A stretch of DNA of 64,000 bases from Polyangiales bacterium (GTDB lineage Bacteria > Myxococcota_A > Polyangia > Polyangiales > JADJQN01): the NCBI GenBank assembly GCA_964202905.1, contig CAXNJO010000002.1, forward strand, positions 64,001 to 128,000. The letters run 5' to 3'. The translations under genes were made by a program, and so were the position numbers. This document shows positions 53,451 to 63,392 of this stretch, in pieces. The first letter of the stretch is position 1; the number at the start of each line of letters is the position of its first letter. Under the pieces are notes generated by a model. The model ran no database searches and was not told the origin of the DNA. It was given only the letters and a program-made list of their open reading frames with translations.

Positions 53451-54740
53451 ATGTCGATCGGCCTCTACGTCGCGGGCGCCCGCACCGCGCGCGCGGACGA
53501 CCTGCTCGGCGAGGTGCTCGCGTGGCTGCGCGCCGAGCACGCGCAGACGCTCTGCGCGAGCGAGCGCGCGCACGACGACCACGGCCGTGCATGCCTGCTC
53601 GTCTCGCTGCACCCGGGCGCAGAGGACGTCGTGCTCACGCTGCGGGGGGACGGGGGCCTCGAGGCGTCCGCGGTGACGAGCACGGCCGGGCCCGGCTACC
53701 ACGCGCACGTCTGCGACGTGCTGCACGCGCTCGGCGCGCGCTTCGACGTCGCGTGGGCCCCCGAGGATCCCGGCGGCGACACGGGCGACGAGACGGGCTA
53801 TTTCCACACGAAGAACCGCCCCGCCCTCGAGGACGCGATGGCGCGCTGGCTCGCGGGGCTCGCCGGCCACGCACGCGCGCTGCTCGCGGAGGGCCGCGAG
53901 TCGATCGCGTTCTCGCTGCCCGAGGGGCACGAATACGCGCTCCCGGGCGCGGTCGCGACGCCGCTCGGGCCGCGCGACGCCGCGTGGCTCGAGGCCACAC
54001 ACCGCGACGGCCGCGCGGGGTTCGACGTGTTCCCGTGGGCCGAGCCGGGCGTCGGCGCAGGCTACCTGCTCGGCCGCGCGCTCGTGCGGATGTGGCGCGA
54101 CGTGCGCTGGCGCAGGCCCGGTGACGACGACGAGCAGGAGACGCTCGAGGAGGTCGTCGCGCTCCTCGAGGCCGCGCACCGCGCGGATCCGCAGCGCCGC
54201 TATCCGTGGCGCGAGTGGGCGGAGGCGCTCGCGCTGCTCGAGCGCGAGTCCCTGCTCGCGACGCGCGCCCAGCTCCGCGCAGAGACCGCGCCGGCCGCGC
54301 CGCCGATCGGCTACCGCCGCGGCGAGGTGCGCGCGCTGCTCTCGGGCGGGTGGTCGCTCGCGATCCCGGGGAGCCTCGCGGAGCGGTGGGACGACGCGCG
54401 CACCTGGTGCGCATTAGAGCGCGGGCGGACCGTCTGGTTCACCTCGCTGAGCACCGAGCCCACGGACGGGGGCGTGTCCGTGACGGCCGAGGAGACGCTC
54501 GCCGGGCTGCCACCGCTCGAGGGCGCGCTGACGCACCACCGCGACGGGCCGCTGGTCGGCATCGCCGCCTTGGGACGCAGCCTCGCGGACGGGGTCGAGC
54601 TCGCGCAGCTGCGCGCCTACACCGCGGCGCCCGGACAGGCCGCGGTGCTGACCGTGTGCGTCGAGGACGACGCGGATCGCGACTGGGCGCTCGCGCTGTG
54701 GCGTTCGCTGCGCTTCGCGCCCGCACGCGGCGGCAGCTGA
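53451..54740 (+). CDS. Hypothetical protein
   Basis: 429 aa with globular composition (LHPGAE, TSTAGPGYH, IGYRRG); no family recognised. Confidence 0.7.
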   Translation: MSIGLYVAGARTARADDLLGEVLAWLRAEHAQTLCASERAHDDHGRACLLVSLHPGAEDVVLTLRGDGGLEASAVTSTAGPGYHAHVCDVLHALGARFDVAWAPEDPGGDTGDETGYFHTKNRPALEDAMARWLAGLAGHARALLAEGRESIAFSLPEGHEYALPGAVATPLGPRDAAWLEATHRDGRAGFDVFPWAEPGVGAGYLLGRALVRMWRDVRWRRPGDDDEQETLEEVVALLEAAHRADPQRRYPWREWAEALALLERESLLATRAQLRAETAPAAPPIGYRRGEVRALLSGGWSLAIPGSLAERWDDARTWCALERGRTVWFTSLSTEPTDGGVSVTAEETLAGLPPLEGALTHHRDGPLVGIAALGRSLADGVELAQLRAYTAAPGQAAVLTVCVEDDADRDWALALWRSLRFAPARGGS

Positions 54741-54823
54741 AGGCGCGTTTCCCACGGCAGTCGGACACCGCGCGGTGCAGACTCCCCCGCAACGTCTCTG
54801 ACCCAGCGACCAAGGCCCCCGCG

Positions 54824-55951
54824 ATGAGCCAAGACCCGACGCGCGATCCCGCCCCGCACCTGACCGACCCGGAGGGCGCGCTGCGCGCGCTGGTGCGCCC
54901 CGAGCTGACGCAGCTCCGCGCCTACGCGGCGCCGTCGGGCACGCCGCCGATCAAACTCGACGCGAACGAGAGCCCGTGGCCGCTGCCCGCCGCGCTCCGC
55001 GCGCGCATCGCCGCCGACCTCGCCGAGCTCCCGCTCCACCGCTATCCGGACCCGCGGGCCGAGCGCGTGCGCGCGCCGCTCGCCGCGCAGCTCGGCGCTC
55101 ACCCCGACCAACTCGTGCTCGGCTCCGGCTCCGACGAGGTCATCGCCCTCCTTTGCACGGCGCTCGCCCGCCCGCGCGAAGGCCGCGCGCGCGCGGTCGT
55201 GCTGTACCCCACGCCGACGTTCGTGATGTACCGGATCACGGCGCTCGCCCACGGGCTCGAGCCCGTCGAGGTGCCGCTGCGCGCGGACTTCTCGCTCGAC
55301 GTGCCCGCGATGCTGGCCGCGATCGCCGCGCATCGCCCTTCCCTCGTCTTCCTCGCGACGCCCAACAACCCGACGGGGAACGCCTTCGCGGACGACGCGC
55401 TGCGGGCCGTCGTCGAGGGCGCGCGCGACGCGCTGGTGGTGATCGACGAAGCGTACGCGGCGTTCGCGGGGCGCTCGCTCTCCGCGTGGTGCGACGCGTA
55501 CCCGCACGTCGCGCTCCTCGGGACGCTCTCCAAGGTCGGCCTCGCTGCCGCGCGCCTCGGCTGGGCGCGGCTGCCCTCGGCCCTCGCCGCGGAGGTCGAG
55601 AAGGCGCGCCAGCCCTTCAACGTCAACGCGCTCTCGCAAGCCGTCGCCGCCCTCGCGCTCGGTGCGCTGCGCCCCGAGTTCGACGCCCACGTCGCCGCGA
55701 TCGTGGCGGAGCGCACGCGCCTCGGCGCCGCGCTCTCGGAGCTGCCTGGGGTGCACGTCGCGCCGAGCGACGCGAACTTCTTCCTGCTGCGCTTCGACGC
55801 GGACCCCGCCCCGCGGGTCGCGCGGCTCGCCGCCGACGGCATCGCCGTGCGCCACTTCACCGGACACGGCGCGGCCCTCGAGCGCTGTGTGCGCGTCACG
55901 GTCGGAACACCGCGCGAGAACGACGCGCTGCTCGCGGCGCTCGCTCGCTGA
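54824..55951 (+). CDS. hisC: Histidinol-phosphate aminotransferase
   Basis: KLDANESP, RYPD, GSDE, PTFVMY, PNNPTG, DEAY, TLSK and RVTVGT. Confidence 0.92.
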   Translation: MSQDPTRDPAPHLTDPEGALRALVRPELTQLRAYAAPSGTPPIKLDANESPWPLPAALRARIAADLAELPLHRYPDPRAERVRAPLAAQLGAHPDQLVLGSGSDEVIALLCTALARPREGRARAVVLYPTPTFVMYRITALAHGLEPVEVPLRADFSLDVPAMLAAIAAHRPSLVFLATPNNPTGNAFADDALRAVVEGARDALVVIDEAYAAFAGRSLSAWCDAYPHVALLGTLSKVGLAAARLGWARLPSALAAEVEKARQPFNVNALSQAVAALALGALRPEFDAHVAAIVAERTRLGAALSELPGVHVAPSDANFFLLRFDADPAPRVARLAADGIAVRHFTGHGAALERCVRVTVGTPRENDALLAALAR

Positions 55952-55999
55952 GCGCGGCGCCCGGACGCGCGACGGGCACGCGCACCGCGACGCCCGACG

Positions 56000-57616
56000 C
56001 TACTGGCCCACCCCGTCCGGCACGCCGGGGACGGCGATGGGCGGCACGGACGCGAGCAGCGACGGACGCGGCGGCAGCACGTCGCCGAACCAGTCGAAGA
56101 ACACGAGCATCCGCGCCTTCCGTTCGGGCGTCAGGTAGTCGAAGTTCTGGCCGCGATCGGAGATCTCCCAGAACTCGCGCGACTGGATCGCGAGCAGCTC
56201 GTCGCGGATCGACGCGAGGCGCTCGGGCTTCTCGTGGAGCATGTCGCCGTGCACCTCGCGCGCCGCGGCCTCGTCGCCCTTGAGCAGGTAGTACGTGGCG
56301 AGTTTGAGCTGCGCCTTGCGCACGCCGCGCAGCGAGGCCTCCTGGATCTCGGTCTCGCTCTCCTTGTCGACCTCGAGGAAGATCCGGAGGATGTCGCGGC
56401 GCACGCGGCTGTTCTTGTCGAACGCAATCTCGTTGAGCGTGCAGAGGTCGTACGCGACCGTCTCGAGGACGAAGGGCTGCTTCTGATCGAAGGAGAGGCG
56501 CCCGTAGTACTTGAAGTAGCGCGCGACCTCGACGGCGCGTGAGCCGTCCCCGAAGTCGAGCAACGCCTCGCCGAAGAGTCGGTATTGGTTGAGGACGTTG
56601 TACGCCGTGCGCACGTCGCGGGCGTTGATCGTCGCGCGCAGGAAGGTGTTGAAGAACTTCACGACGAGATCGACGAGCTCCTCGTGCCCCTGCCGCGCCG
56701 CGAGCTCCCCGATGCGGCGCGTGCTGATGGCGACGACGTAGTTGATGTCGCGCATCTTGTTGAGCGCTTCGTTGTAGAGCGTCTGGTACTGGCGCAGCAC
56801 CTTCATCTCGACCCAGTAGCGGCGCGCGGTCACGTCCTGCAGCACCTCGGGCGCCATCGACACGAAGTCCGGATTCCGCGCGAGATCCCCATCGACCTGG
56901 AACCACTCGGGCGCGAGGCCGCCGCGCAGCGCCTGGTACTCCTCGGTGAGCTGGCGCAGGGCCTCGACGCTCATCATCGACACGCCCTTGTCCTTGCTCT
57001 CCATCGCGTTGAGCGCGACGTCCGCGAGCTGCTCGATGCCGCGGATCGCCTCCGCCTTCGCGCGGGGGGCGCCCCGCGACGCGCGCACCACGTCGAGCGT
57101 GTGCGTGCGGATCCGCGCGAGGATCGTGTCGGGCTGCAGGAAGTGAAAGATGAAGGCGAAATACGGGATCAGGATCAGCAGCGAGATGGTGAGCAACACC
57201 ATCGCGAGCGCGATCCCCCAGTGCGGGACGAAGTCGACGCTCGGGTCGAACGTCAGCGTGACCCAGAGCCCCTGCAGCGCGGCGACGACGAAGAAGCCAG
57301 TGACGAGGAAGTTGGTCGGCTCGGCGATGAACAGCTCCGTGATGCGGTGCGTGTAGCGGGTGCTCGCGAGCTCGACGACGATGGCCGCCACGGTGATGGC
57401 CATCGCGAGCACACCGGCCACGATCTCGCCCGCGTTCGCGAGCGTGCTCGCCGCCGACACCGGGTTCGGCGCGATGAAGAGCGCCCAGAGCGACGCCGCG
57501 TCAGGGCGTCCGTGCGTGTCCGCGAGGAAGGTGAGCACGAGGAGCGCGGCCGCGACCCCGAGCAGCAACGAGAAAGGCAGCAGCCAGATACGGACCCGGT
57601 TCGCGCGCGCGTTCAT
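56000..57616 (-). CDS. DUF2254-like membrane protein with a long cytoplasmic helical domain
   Basis: Four N-terminal TMs, VVELASTRYT and QLADVALNAM. Confidence 0.65.
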   Translation of the reverse strand: MNARANRVRIWLLPFSLLLGVAAALLVLTFLADTHGRPDAASLWALFIAPNPVSAASTLANAGEIVAGVLAMAITVAAIVVELASTRYTHRITELFIAEPTNFLVTGFFVVAALQGLWVTLTFDPSVDFVPHWGIALAMVLLTISLLILIPYFAFIFHFLQPDTILARIRTHTLDVVRASRGAPRAKAEAIRGIEQLADVALNAMESKDKGVSMMSVEALRQLTEEYQALRGGLAPEWFQVDGDLARNPDFVSMAPEVLQDVTARRYWVEMKVLRQYQTLYNEALNKMRDINYVVAISTRRIGELAARQGHEELVDLVVKFFNTFLRATINARDVRTAYNVLNQYRLFGEALLDFGDGSRAVEVARYFKYYGRLSFDQKQPFVLETVAYDLCTLNEIAFDKNSRVRRDILRIFLEVDKESETEIQEASLRGVRKAQLKLATYYLLKGDEAAAREVHGDMLHEKPERLASIRDELLAIQSREFWEISDRGQNFDYLTPERKARMLVFFDWFGDVLPPRPSLLASVPPIAVPGVPDGVGQ

Positions 57617-57696
57617 CGGTCGCGGAGCGTATCGCAGCCGCGGGGCGGGGGGTGTCGTGGCGCGCGCCGGGGTCGTGGTACCGTTGTCGAAGGCAC

Positions 57697-58258
57697 ATGG
57701 CGCGGGTGAAAGGCAGCGCGGTGACGTCACGCGTCCGCTACGTGCGCGAGCGCTTCGGTGAGGCCGCGTACCGCCGCCTGCGCGACGCGCTCCTGCCCGC
57801 CGAGAGCGAGCTGCTCGACGGCCGCGTGCTGCCGAGCGGCTGGGTGCCCTACAGCCTCTTCCTCTCCGTGAACGTCGAGGCCGACCGCCTCTTCGGCAAG
57901 GGCGATCTGGCGCTCTGCTTCGAGATGGCGAAGTTCGGCGCGGAGGTGAACCTCCCGACGCTCTATCGCCTCTTCTACCGCTTCAACAAGCCGCGCTTCA
58001 TCTTCGAGCAGGCCGCGCGTTTGTGGGACGTGCACTACGACACGGGACGGCTCGTGCCCGTCCTCCGAGGCCGATCCATCGACGATGTGCATCCGCATCG
58101 AGGCCTTCGAACAACCGCACCCCGCGCACTGCCTCAGCGTGCTCGGCTGGGCGGTGCGCTCGGTGGAGCTCTCGGGCGCGACGGTCACGGGCTACGCGGA
58201 AGAGCGCTGCCGAACCCGGGGGGACGACGCATGCGAGCTGCGCATCCGCTGGCGCTGA
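57697..58258 (+). CDS. DUF2378/V4R-like myxobacterial protein (+1 frameshift at about 58063)
   Basis: MARVKG, LPSGWVP and W..HYDTG. It continues in a shifted frame as HCLSVLGW...CRTRGDDACELRIRW-stop. Confidence 0.65.
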
Positions 58259-59136
58259 CCGCGGCGCTCGCGCTCGCGGTGGGTGCCTGGCCGCGCGCCG
58301 CCGCACGCGCGGACGACGTCGCACCCACACCATCTTCCGTGATGCCATCAACAAACGCAGCCCAGGCGCCTGCGGGAGCGCCGGCGCACGCCGCACCCGC
58401 GGAACCATCGCTCGTGATTCCGACGCCGGATGCAGCACCGGCACCCACGGCAGCCCGGGCGCCCGCGGCGACGCTCGTCTCGGGCGCAAGCGCGCAGCCC
58501 GCGTGGTCGCCGCCCACGCCGATCGTGCCCGTGTTCGGATCCGGCCCCGTCGTGGCGCCCGCGCCGCCCGCGCCGCCCGCGCCGCCCGACCGGCGCCTCG
58601 ACGCGTCGGACGTCGCGCTCCGCGCCACGCTGGGCGCGCGCTTTGCCCCGAGCGACACGCTCGACGGCGCGCTCTCGGCGCGGGGCTACGGCACGAGCAC
58701 GCCCGCGCTGGGGCTCGACCTCGCGCTCACGGTGCGCGCGATCTGGTGGCTGTTTCTCGGCGCGCGCGTGGGTGCGCGCTGGCGCCCGCTCGAGCCGCCG
58801 AACGGCGCTGCCGCGAGCGAGCGCGTGGACGCAGCCGGCGTGGATGCGCTCGCGGTCGCGGAGCTGCGCGTGCCGCTCGGCCCGGTGGAGCTCGCGCCGG
58901 ACGTCGCGGTCGGCATCGCGTACGCGGAGGTGCAGCAGGGCGGCTTCACGGTCGCGCGCGCGGCGCCTCGGCTCGCGCTCGGGGCGACCGCGTCGTTCTG
59001 GATCGTGGACCCGCTGCGGATCGCGGCGCGGCTCGGCTGGGATCTCTATCGCATCGCCGACGTGAACGACTTCGGGCACGACCTCTCGCTCGGCGGCCCG
59101 AGCCTCGAGCTCGCGCTCGAGTGGAGGCCCCGTTGA
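58231..59136 (+). CDS. Secreted protein with Pro/Ala linker and probable small outer-membrane beta-barrel
   Basis: Signal peptide ending AARA, amphipathic strands, and C-terminal LELALEWR. Confidence 0.6.
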   Translation: MRAAHPLALTAALALAVGAWPRAAARADDVAPTPSSVMPSTNAAQAPAGAPAHAAPAEPSLVIPTPDAAPAPTAARAPAATLVSGASAQPAWSPPTPIVPVFGSGPVVAPAPPAPPAPPDRRLDASDVALRATLGARFAPSDTLDGALSARGYGTSTPALGLDLALTVRAIWWLFLGARVGARWRPLEPPNGAAASERVDAAGVDALAVAELRVPLGPVELAPDVAVGIAYAEVQQGGFTVARAAPRLALGATASFWIVDPLRIAARLGWDLYRIADVNDFGHDLSLGGPSLELALEWRPR

Positions 59137-59777
59137 TCGACCCCATCGTGCAGCGCGCCGGGGCACGGCGCGTCCCGCTCCTCGTCGCGCTGATCGGGGC
59201 GCTCCACGCCTGTGGCCCACGCGATGCGGAGCCGCGCATCGCGAGCGTCTACGAGGAGAACTTCTCCGCGACGTGCGCCGGCGTCCCGTGCGGTTGGACG
59301 CAGCGCGCGGGCGCACCCGGCGCGGCCCACACGACTGCGACCCTGCTCCCCGGCCTGCGCGGCCTCGCGCTCGAAGGAGACGGTGTGCTCGTCGACGGCC
59401 CCGGCGCGGCCGCCCCGCTCTTCGGCATCTCCCCCACGGCGCTCCGCGTCGCGCTCACCGCGCGCTGCGACGCGGACGCCTCGCTCACCGTGCGCGTCGG
59501 GCTCACGGGCGACGGGGCCGCGGACGGCGGCGTGGACCCCGGGGCGGCGCTCCTCGAGGCGCAGCTACGCCCGCCCGCGACCTGGCCCACGGCCCCCACG
59601 GCGAGCGCCGAGGTGACCGCGCCGCTCGTCCCCGGCGGCAGCCCCGACTTCCGCGGCGAGGCGCGCATCGTCAGCGTCAGCCTCGAGAAGCGCGGCGCGG
59701 GCCGCTGCGAAATCGACGCGCTGCGCATCGATCCGCAGGTCTTCGACACCCCGTTCTTCGAGGGGGGCTGTCTGTGA
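59133..59777 (+). CDS. Hypothetical lipoprotein (beta-rich, possibly carbohydrate-binding-like)
   Basis: TTG start overlapping the upstream stop, lipobox LHA-C, and CAGVPCGW. Confidence 0.6.
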   Translation: MIDPIVQRAGARRVPLLVALIGALHACGPRDAEPRIASVYEENFSATCAGVPCGWTQRAGAPGAAHTTATLLPGLRGLALEGDGVLVDGPGAAAPLFGISPTALRVALTARCDADASLTVRVGLTGDGAADGGVDPGAALLEAQLRPPATWPTAPTASAEVTAPLVPGGSPDFRGEARIVSVSLEKRGAGRCEIDALRIDPQVFDTPFFEGGCL

Positions 59778-59811
59778 CGTCCGCGGCTGCGTCCGCGCGG
59801 GTCGGCTGCTA

Positions 59812-60762
59812 GTGTCGGCCGTGGACACGAATCCAGTGGAGATCCCACGCGAGCCCGTCGACGGTGCGCGGGCGCTCGCGTCCCTCAATTGGGCCGCTGA
59901 CATCGCGACGGGCGTCATCGAGGCGGGCCTCGCGTCTCCCTCGCGCGCGACACCCGCCGAACACCGCGCCGTGACGCTCGAGGACGCGCGCGCCGCGTTC
60001 GATCGGCTGCTGCTCGGCAAGAAGCCCGACGAAGGCCTCGAAGCCCTGCGCCTCACCGGCGCGCTCGACGTGTGGATGCCCGAGGTCGCCGCGCTCGTCG
60101 GCTTCGGCGACGGCGAGTGGCGCCACAAGGACGTCTGGAAGCACACGCGCCAGGTCGTCCTGCAGAGCGTGCCGCGCCTCCCCGTGCGCTGGGGTGCCCT
60201 GCTCCACGACATCGGCAAGGTGAAGACCCGCTCGATCGAGCCGAACGGCGAAGTGCACTTCTTCGGCCACAGCGAGGTCGGGGCCGCGATGTTCCGCAAG
60301 CGCGTCGGTCGCCGCCTCGGCTTCGAGGGCGCCGTCTTCGACCGCATCCACTTCCTCATCCTGCAGCACCTGCGCGCGAGCCAGTACGACGCCTCCTGGA
60401 CGGACAGCGCCGTGCGCCGCTTCGCGAAGGAGATGGACGACGGCCTCATCGACCTGCTCGACCTCTCGCGCGCCGACATCACGACGAAGCGCCCCGAGAA
60501 GCGCAAGCGCGGCCTCCGCCAGATCAGCGAGCTCGGCGCGCGCATCCGCAAGTTGCAAGAGGAGGACGCGCGTCAGGCGCCGCTGCCGAAGGGCCTCGGG
60601 CTCGAGGTGATGGCGGCGTTCGGGCTCCCGCCGAGCAAGCGCATCGGCGACCTGTTCAAGGCCCTCGAGGCCTGCGTGGAGGCGGGCGAGCTCGAGGGCG
60701 GCCACGACGCCGCGCACTACATCGCCTTCCTCGAGGCGAACCGCGCGCGCTTCGCCCTCTAG
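59812..60762 (+). CDS. HD-domain protein resembling the body/HD/tail of a CCA-adding enzyme, without the nucleotidyltransferase head
   Basis: FDRLLL..KP..GL..L..TG.L...PE, HKDVWKHT, LLHDIGK, FFGH..VGA, ADIT and G.EVM..FGLPP...IG. Confidence 0.8.
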   Translation: MSAVDTNPVEIPREPVDGARALASLNWAADIATGVIEAGLASPSRATPAEHRAVTLEDARAAFDRLLLGKKPDEGLEALRLTGALDVWMPEVAALVGFGDGEWRHKDVWKHTRQVVLQSVPRLPVRWGALLHDIGKVKTRSIEPNGEVHFFGHSEVGAAMFRKRVGRRLGFEGAVFDRIHFLILQHLRASQYDASWTDSAVRRFAKEMDDGLIDLLDLSRADITTKRPEKRKRGLRQISELGARIRKLQEEDARQAPLPKGLGLEVMAAFGLPPSKRIGDLFKALEACVEAGELEGGHDAAHYIAFLEANRARFAL

Positions 60763-60866
60763 CGGCCCGCGTCACGCACGCCGCGGGCGCGCGTCGCTGC
60801 CGCCGTGGGAGCGCGACGCGAACGGACGCCCTGCCCCCATCGCGGCGCTGCTAGACTGGTCTCGCC

Positions 60867-62180
60867 GTGAGCGCCCCCCCGCAAGACGCCGCGCCCGCAC
60901 GGCGCCCCGAGCCGCGCCGGCACTTCGAGGTGCAGCTCGGGCACATGTGCAACAACCGTTGCGTCTTCTGCGTGAGCGGTCAGCGCACCGCGCTCGGCGA
61001 GGCTGGCCCGACGCCGACCGAGCCGCTGCTCGAGGTCGTCCGCGCCGCGCGCGCGAACGGCCACACGCGCATCACGCTCCTCGGCGGCGAGCCCACGCTG
61101 CAGCCCGGCTTCCTCGACGTCGTGCGCGAGTGCGCGCGGCTCGGCTTCGACGAGGTCGTCGTCTTCACCAACGGCGCGAAGACCGCGCGGGCAGCGCTCA
61201 TCGACGAGGTGCTCGCGACGGGCGCGCCGGTCACGTGGCGCATCTCGATCCAGGGCGCGACGCGCGAAGCGCACGAGCGCACGACCCACAAGGAAGGCTC
61301 CTTCGACCGCATCCTCCGCACGCTCGAGGCGCTCCGTGCGCGCGGGCAGCGCGTCACCGTGAACATGTGCGTGGTCGCCTCGAACCACGAGAGCGTCGAC
61401 GCCTTCCCCGCGCTCGTGCGCACGTACGGCATCGCGCAGCTGCACCTCGACCTCGTGCGGCCGCTCGACGCGGGTGTGCGCTCCGAGGACGAGCTGCGCG
61501 CGATGATGAACCGCTATTCAGCGATGAGCGCCGCGCTCGAGCGGATGGTCGCGGCCCTGCCGCGCGGCTTCGACGTCAACCTCGGCAACCTCCCCTACTG
61601 CATCGCGCCGCGGCTCGCGTCGGTCATCCACCACGACGGCGAGGCGACCGAGACGGTGTCCATCGACGCGCGCGACCAGCTCAGCCGCCCCTGGAACAAG
61701 TACCTCGTGAAGCGCCGCGACAAGGGCAAGCCCGCGTCGTGCCGCGCGTGCGTCTTCGACGCCCGCTGCAGCGGCGTCTTCGAGCACTACGCGCGCTTCC
61801 ACGGCACGGACGAGCTCGTGCCCGTGACACCCGCGCGCCTCGCGGCGCTCGACGCGGACGGCTCAGTCGCAGCGCAGCTCGTCGACGACGCGCTCGCGCG
61901 GGGCGGTCCCCTCGCGCCGAGCCTCGCCGTGCGGGTCGCCCGGCTGCGCGCGGCGCGCCCCTTCGCCGGCGTGACCTGGTACGACGCGCGCGTGAGCGAA
62001 GGCGGGCAGCGCGCGGAGCTCTCCCTCGTCGACGCCGACGGCGCGCGGGCCGTGCTGTGGCTCGCCGAAGACGCGACCGGCCGCGCGCGCGGCGGCTACA
62101 CGCTCGACGACGCGCCCACACCCGCCCTCCGCGAGGGCCTCGGGGCCATGTTGCACGCCCTGCGCGCGCCGGCGGGTTGA
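60867..62180 (+). CDS. Radical SAM protein with a C-terminal Cys cluster and an extra C-terminal domain
   Basis: CNNRCVFC, GGEPT, TNG, NLPYC and CRACVFDARCSG...Y. Confidence 0.88.
   Translation: MSAPPQDAAPARRPEPRRHFEVQLGHMCNNRCVFCVSGQRTALGEAGPTPTEPLLEVVRAARANGHTRITLLGGEPTLQPGFLDVVRECARLGFDEVVVFTNGAKTARAALIDEVLATGAPVTWRISIQGATREAHERTTHKEGSFDRILRTLEALRARGQRVTVNMCVVASNHESVDAFPALVRTYGIAQLHLDLVRPLDAGVRSEDELRAMMNRYSAMSAALERMVAALPRGFDVNLGNLPYCIAPRLASVIHHDGEATETVSIDARDQLSRPWNKYLVKRRDKGKPASCRACVFDARCSGVFEHYARFHGTDELVPVTPARLAALDADGSVAAQLVDDALARGGPLAPSLAVRVARLRAARPFAGVTWYDARVSEGGQRAELSLVDADGARAVLWLAEDATGRARGGYTLDDAPTPALREGLGAMLHALRAPAG
61506..61521. promoter_or_regulatory. Palindrome ATGAAC-CGCT-ATTCAG (copy 5 of 5), intragenic
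   Basis: Coincides with the rare codons TAT TCA in an otherwise GC3-rich gene. Confidence 0.55.
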
Positions 62181-62196
62181 CGAGGCACCGCGGCAT

Positions 62197-62276
62197 ACAC
62201 GGCCGCGCGAACCACACGGCCGCGCGAACCACACGGCCGCGCGAACCACACGGCCGCGCGAACCACACGGCCGCGC
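62197..62276. repeat. Intergenic minisatellite, 4.7 perfect copies of ACACGGCCGCGCGAACC (17 bp)
   Basis: Units start at 62197, 62214, 62231 and 62248, with a partial unit at 62265; no spacers. Confidence 0.93.
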
Positions 62277-62335
62277 AAGCGCTTCCGTGGACGCGCGTCG
62301 TCGCCGCCCGCGGGCCTGACCCGGGGCGCGCGCCC

Positions 62336-63160
62336 TCAGCCGCGCGTCGGACGGCCGACGAAGACCGGCATGGGGTCGCGGTAGCGCGCGCCGCTGCGCC
62401 ACTCGAAGTGCAGGTGCGCGCCACGCGCGAGCCCCGTCGCGCCGACCTCCGCGATGATCTCGCCGCGGCGCACGCGCTGGCCCGCGACGACGAAGGTCGC
62501 GCTGCAGTGCGCGTAGTGCGTCGACGTGCCGTCCGCGTGCACGAGCACGACGAGGTTCCCGTAGCCGTGGATGCCGTTGTCGCTGTACGCGACGACGCCG
62601 TCGTTGACCGCGCGGATGCTCGAGCCCTGCGGCGCGACGATGTCGACGCCCTGGTGCGGGATGCGGCGGATGCGGCGCTCGCGGGTGCGGCCGACACCGC
62701 GGCCAAAGCGCCCCTCGTGCACGGGCCAGAGGAGGTCGGCGGCTGGGGCCGCCTGCACCGCCTGCACCCACTCGGTGCGCGGCGGCGCGGCGAGCAGCGT
62801 GCGCGCGCTGTGGTCGTCACCGAGACCGAGCGCGGCGGCGCGCTCGACGTCCTTCGCGGAAGGGCGCGGCACGCGGCGGCTCGCGTTGCAGCGCGCGGTG
62901 CGCAGGCAGCCACGACGGCTCGGCGGCATCCACGCGACCGGCGCGTGCGCGACCTCGGGCGCCTCGGCGGACGCGGGCTTCACGACGACGACATCGACGG
63001 GCGACGGCGACGGCGCGGGCGTCGCGGGCAGGCTGAGCGTCGAGTGCGCGAACGCGAGGTGCGTCGAGCAGCCGAGGAGCAGCAGCGCGACGACGACGCC
63101 GCGCAGCTCGCGCCGCGACCGGCGTGCCTTGCTCGTGATGGCTTCGATCTCGAATCGCAT
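62336..63160 (-). CDS. M23 family metallopeptidase
   Basis: WPV, HQGVD (HxxxD), YGNLV, YAH and HLHFE; N-terminal hydrophobic segment. Confidence 0.9.
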   Translation of the reverse strand: MRFEIEAITSKARRSRRELRGVVVALLLLGCSTHLAFAHSTLSLPATPAPSPSPVDVVVVKPASAEAPEVAHAPVAWMPPSRRGCLRTARCNASRRVPRPSAKDVERAAALGLGDDHSARTLLAAPPRTEWVQAVQAAPAADLLWPVHEGRFGRGVGRTRERRIRRIPHQGVDIVAPQGSSIRAVNDGVVAYSDNGIHGYGNLVVLVHADGTSTHYAHCSATFVVAGQRVRRGEIIAEVGATGLARGAHLHFEWRSGARYRDPMPVFVGRPTRG

Positions 63161-63392
63161 CGTCACCCCAAGAAAACCGCGCGAGAGCGGTCGGGTCAAG
63201 AATTCGTTGCTGCTCAAACGAAAATGAGTGCGACACGGTGCGTGTGATCGCACAGCGCCCCCGGGTCACCGACGCGCCCCGAGATCGGGGAGAACGCGCC
63301 GCTTTTTCGGGCAGAAACGCGAACGGCGGCGCGAGCACGAGGCCCGCACCGCCGCATCGACGCTTCGCTGCGCGGTGCGCGCCGAGGCAACG

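Noticed and set aside
57652..59136. 494-aa DUF2378/beta-barrel fusion
   Set aside because: It results from the +1 shift at about 58063; the second gene has its own ATG and signal peptide at 58231.
62197..62276. Possible CRISPR array
   Set aside because: The 17-bp units are head-to-tail with no spacers, and there are no cas genes.
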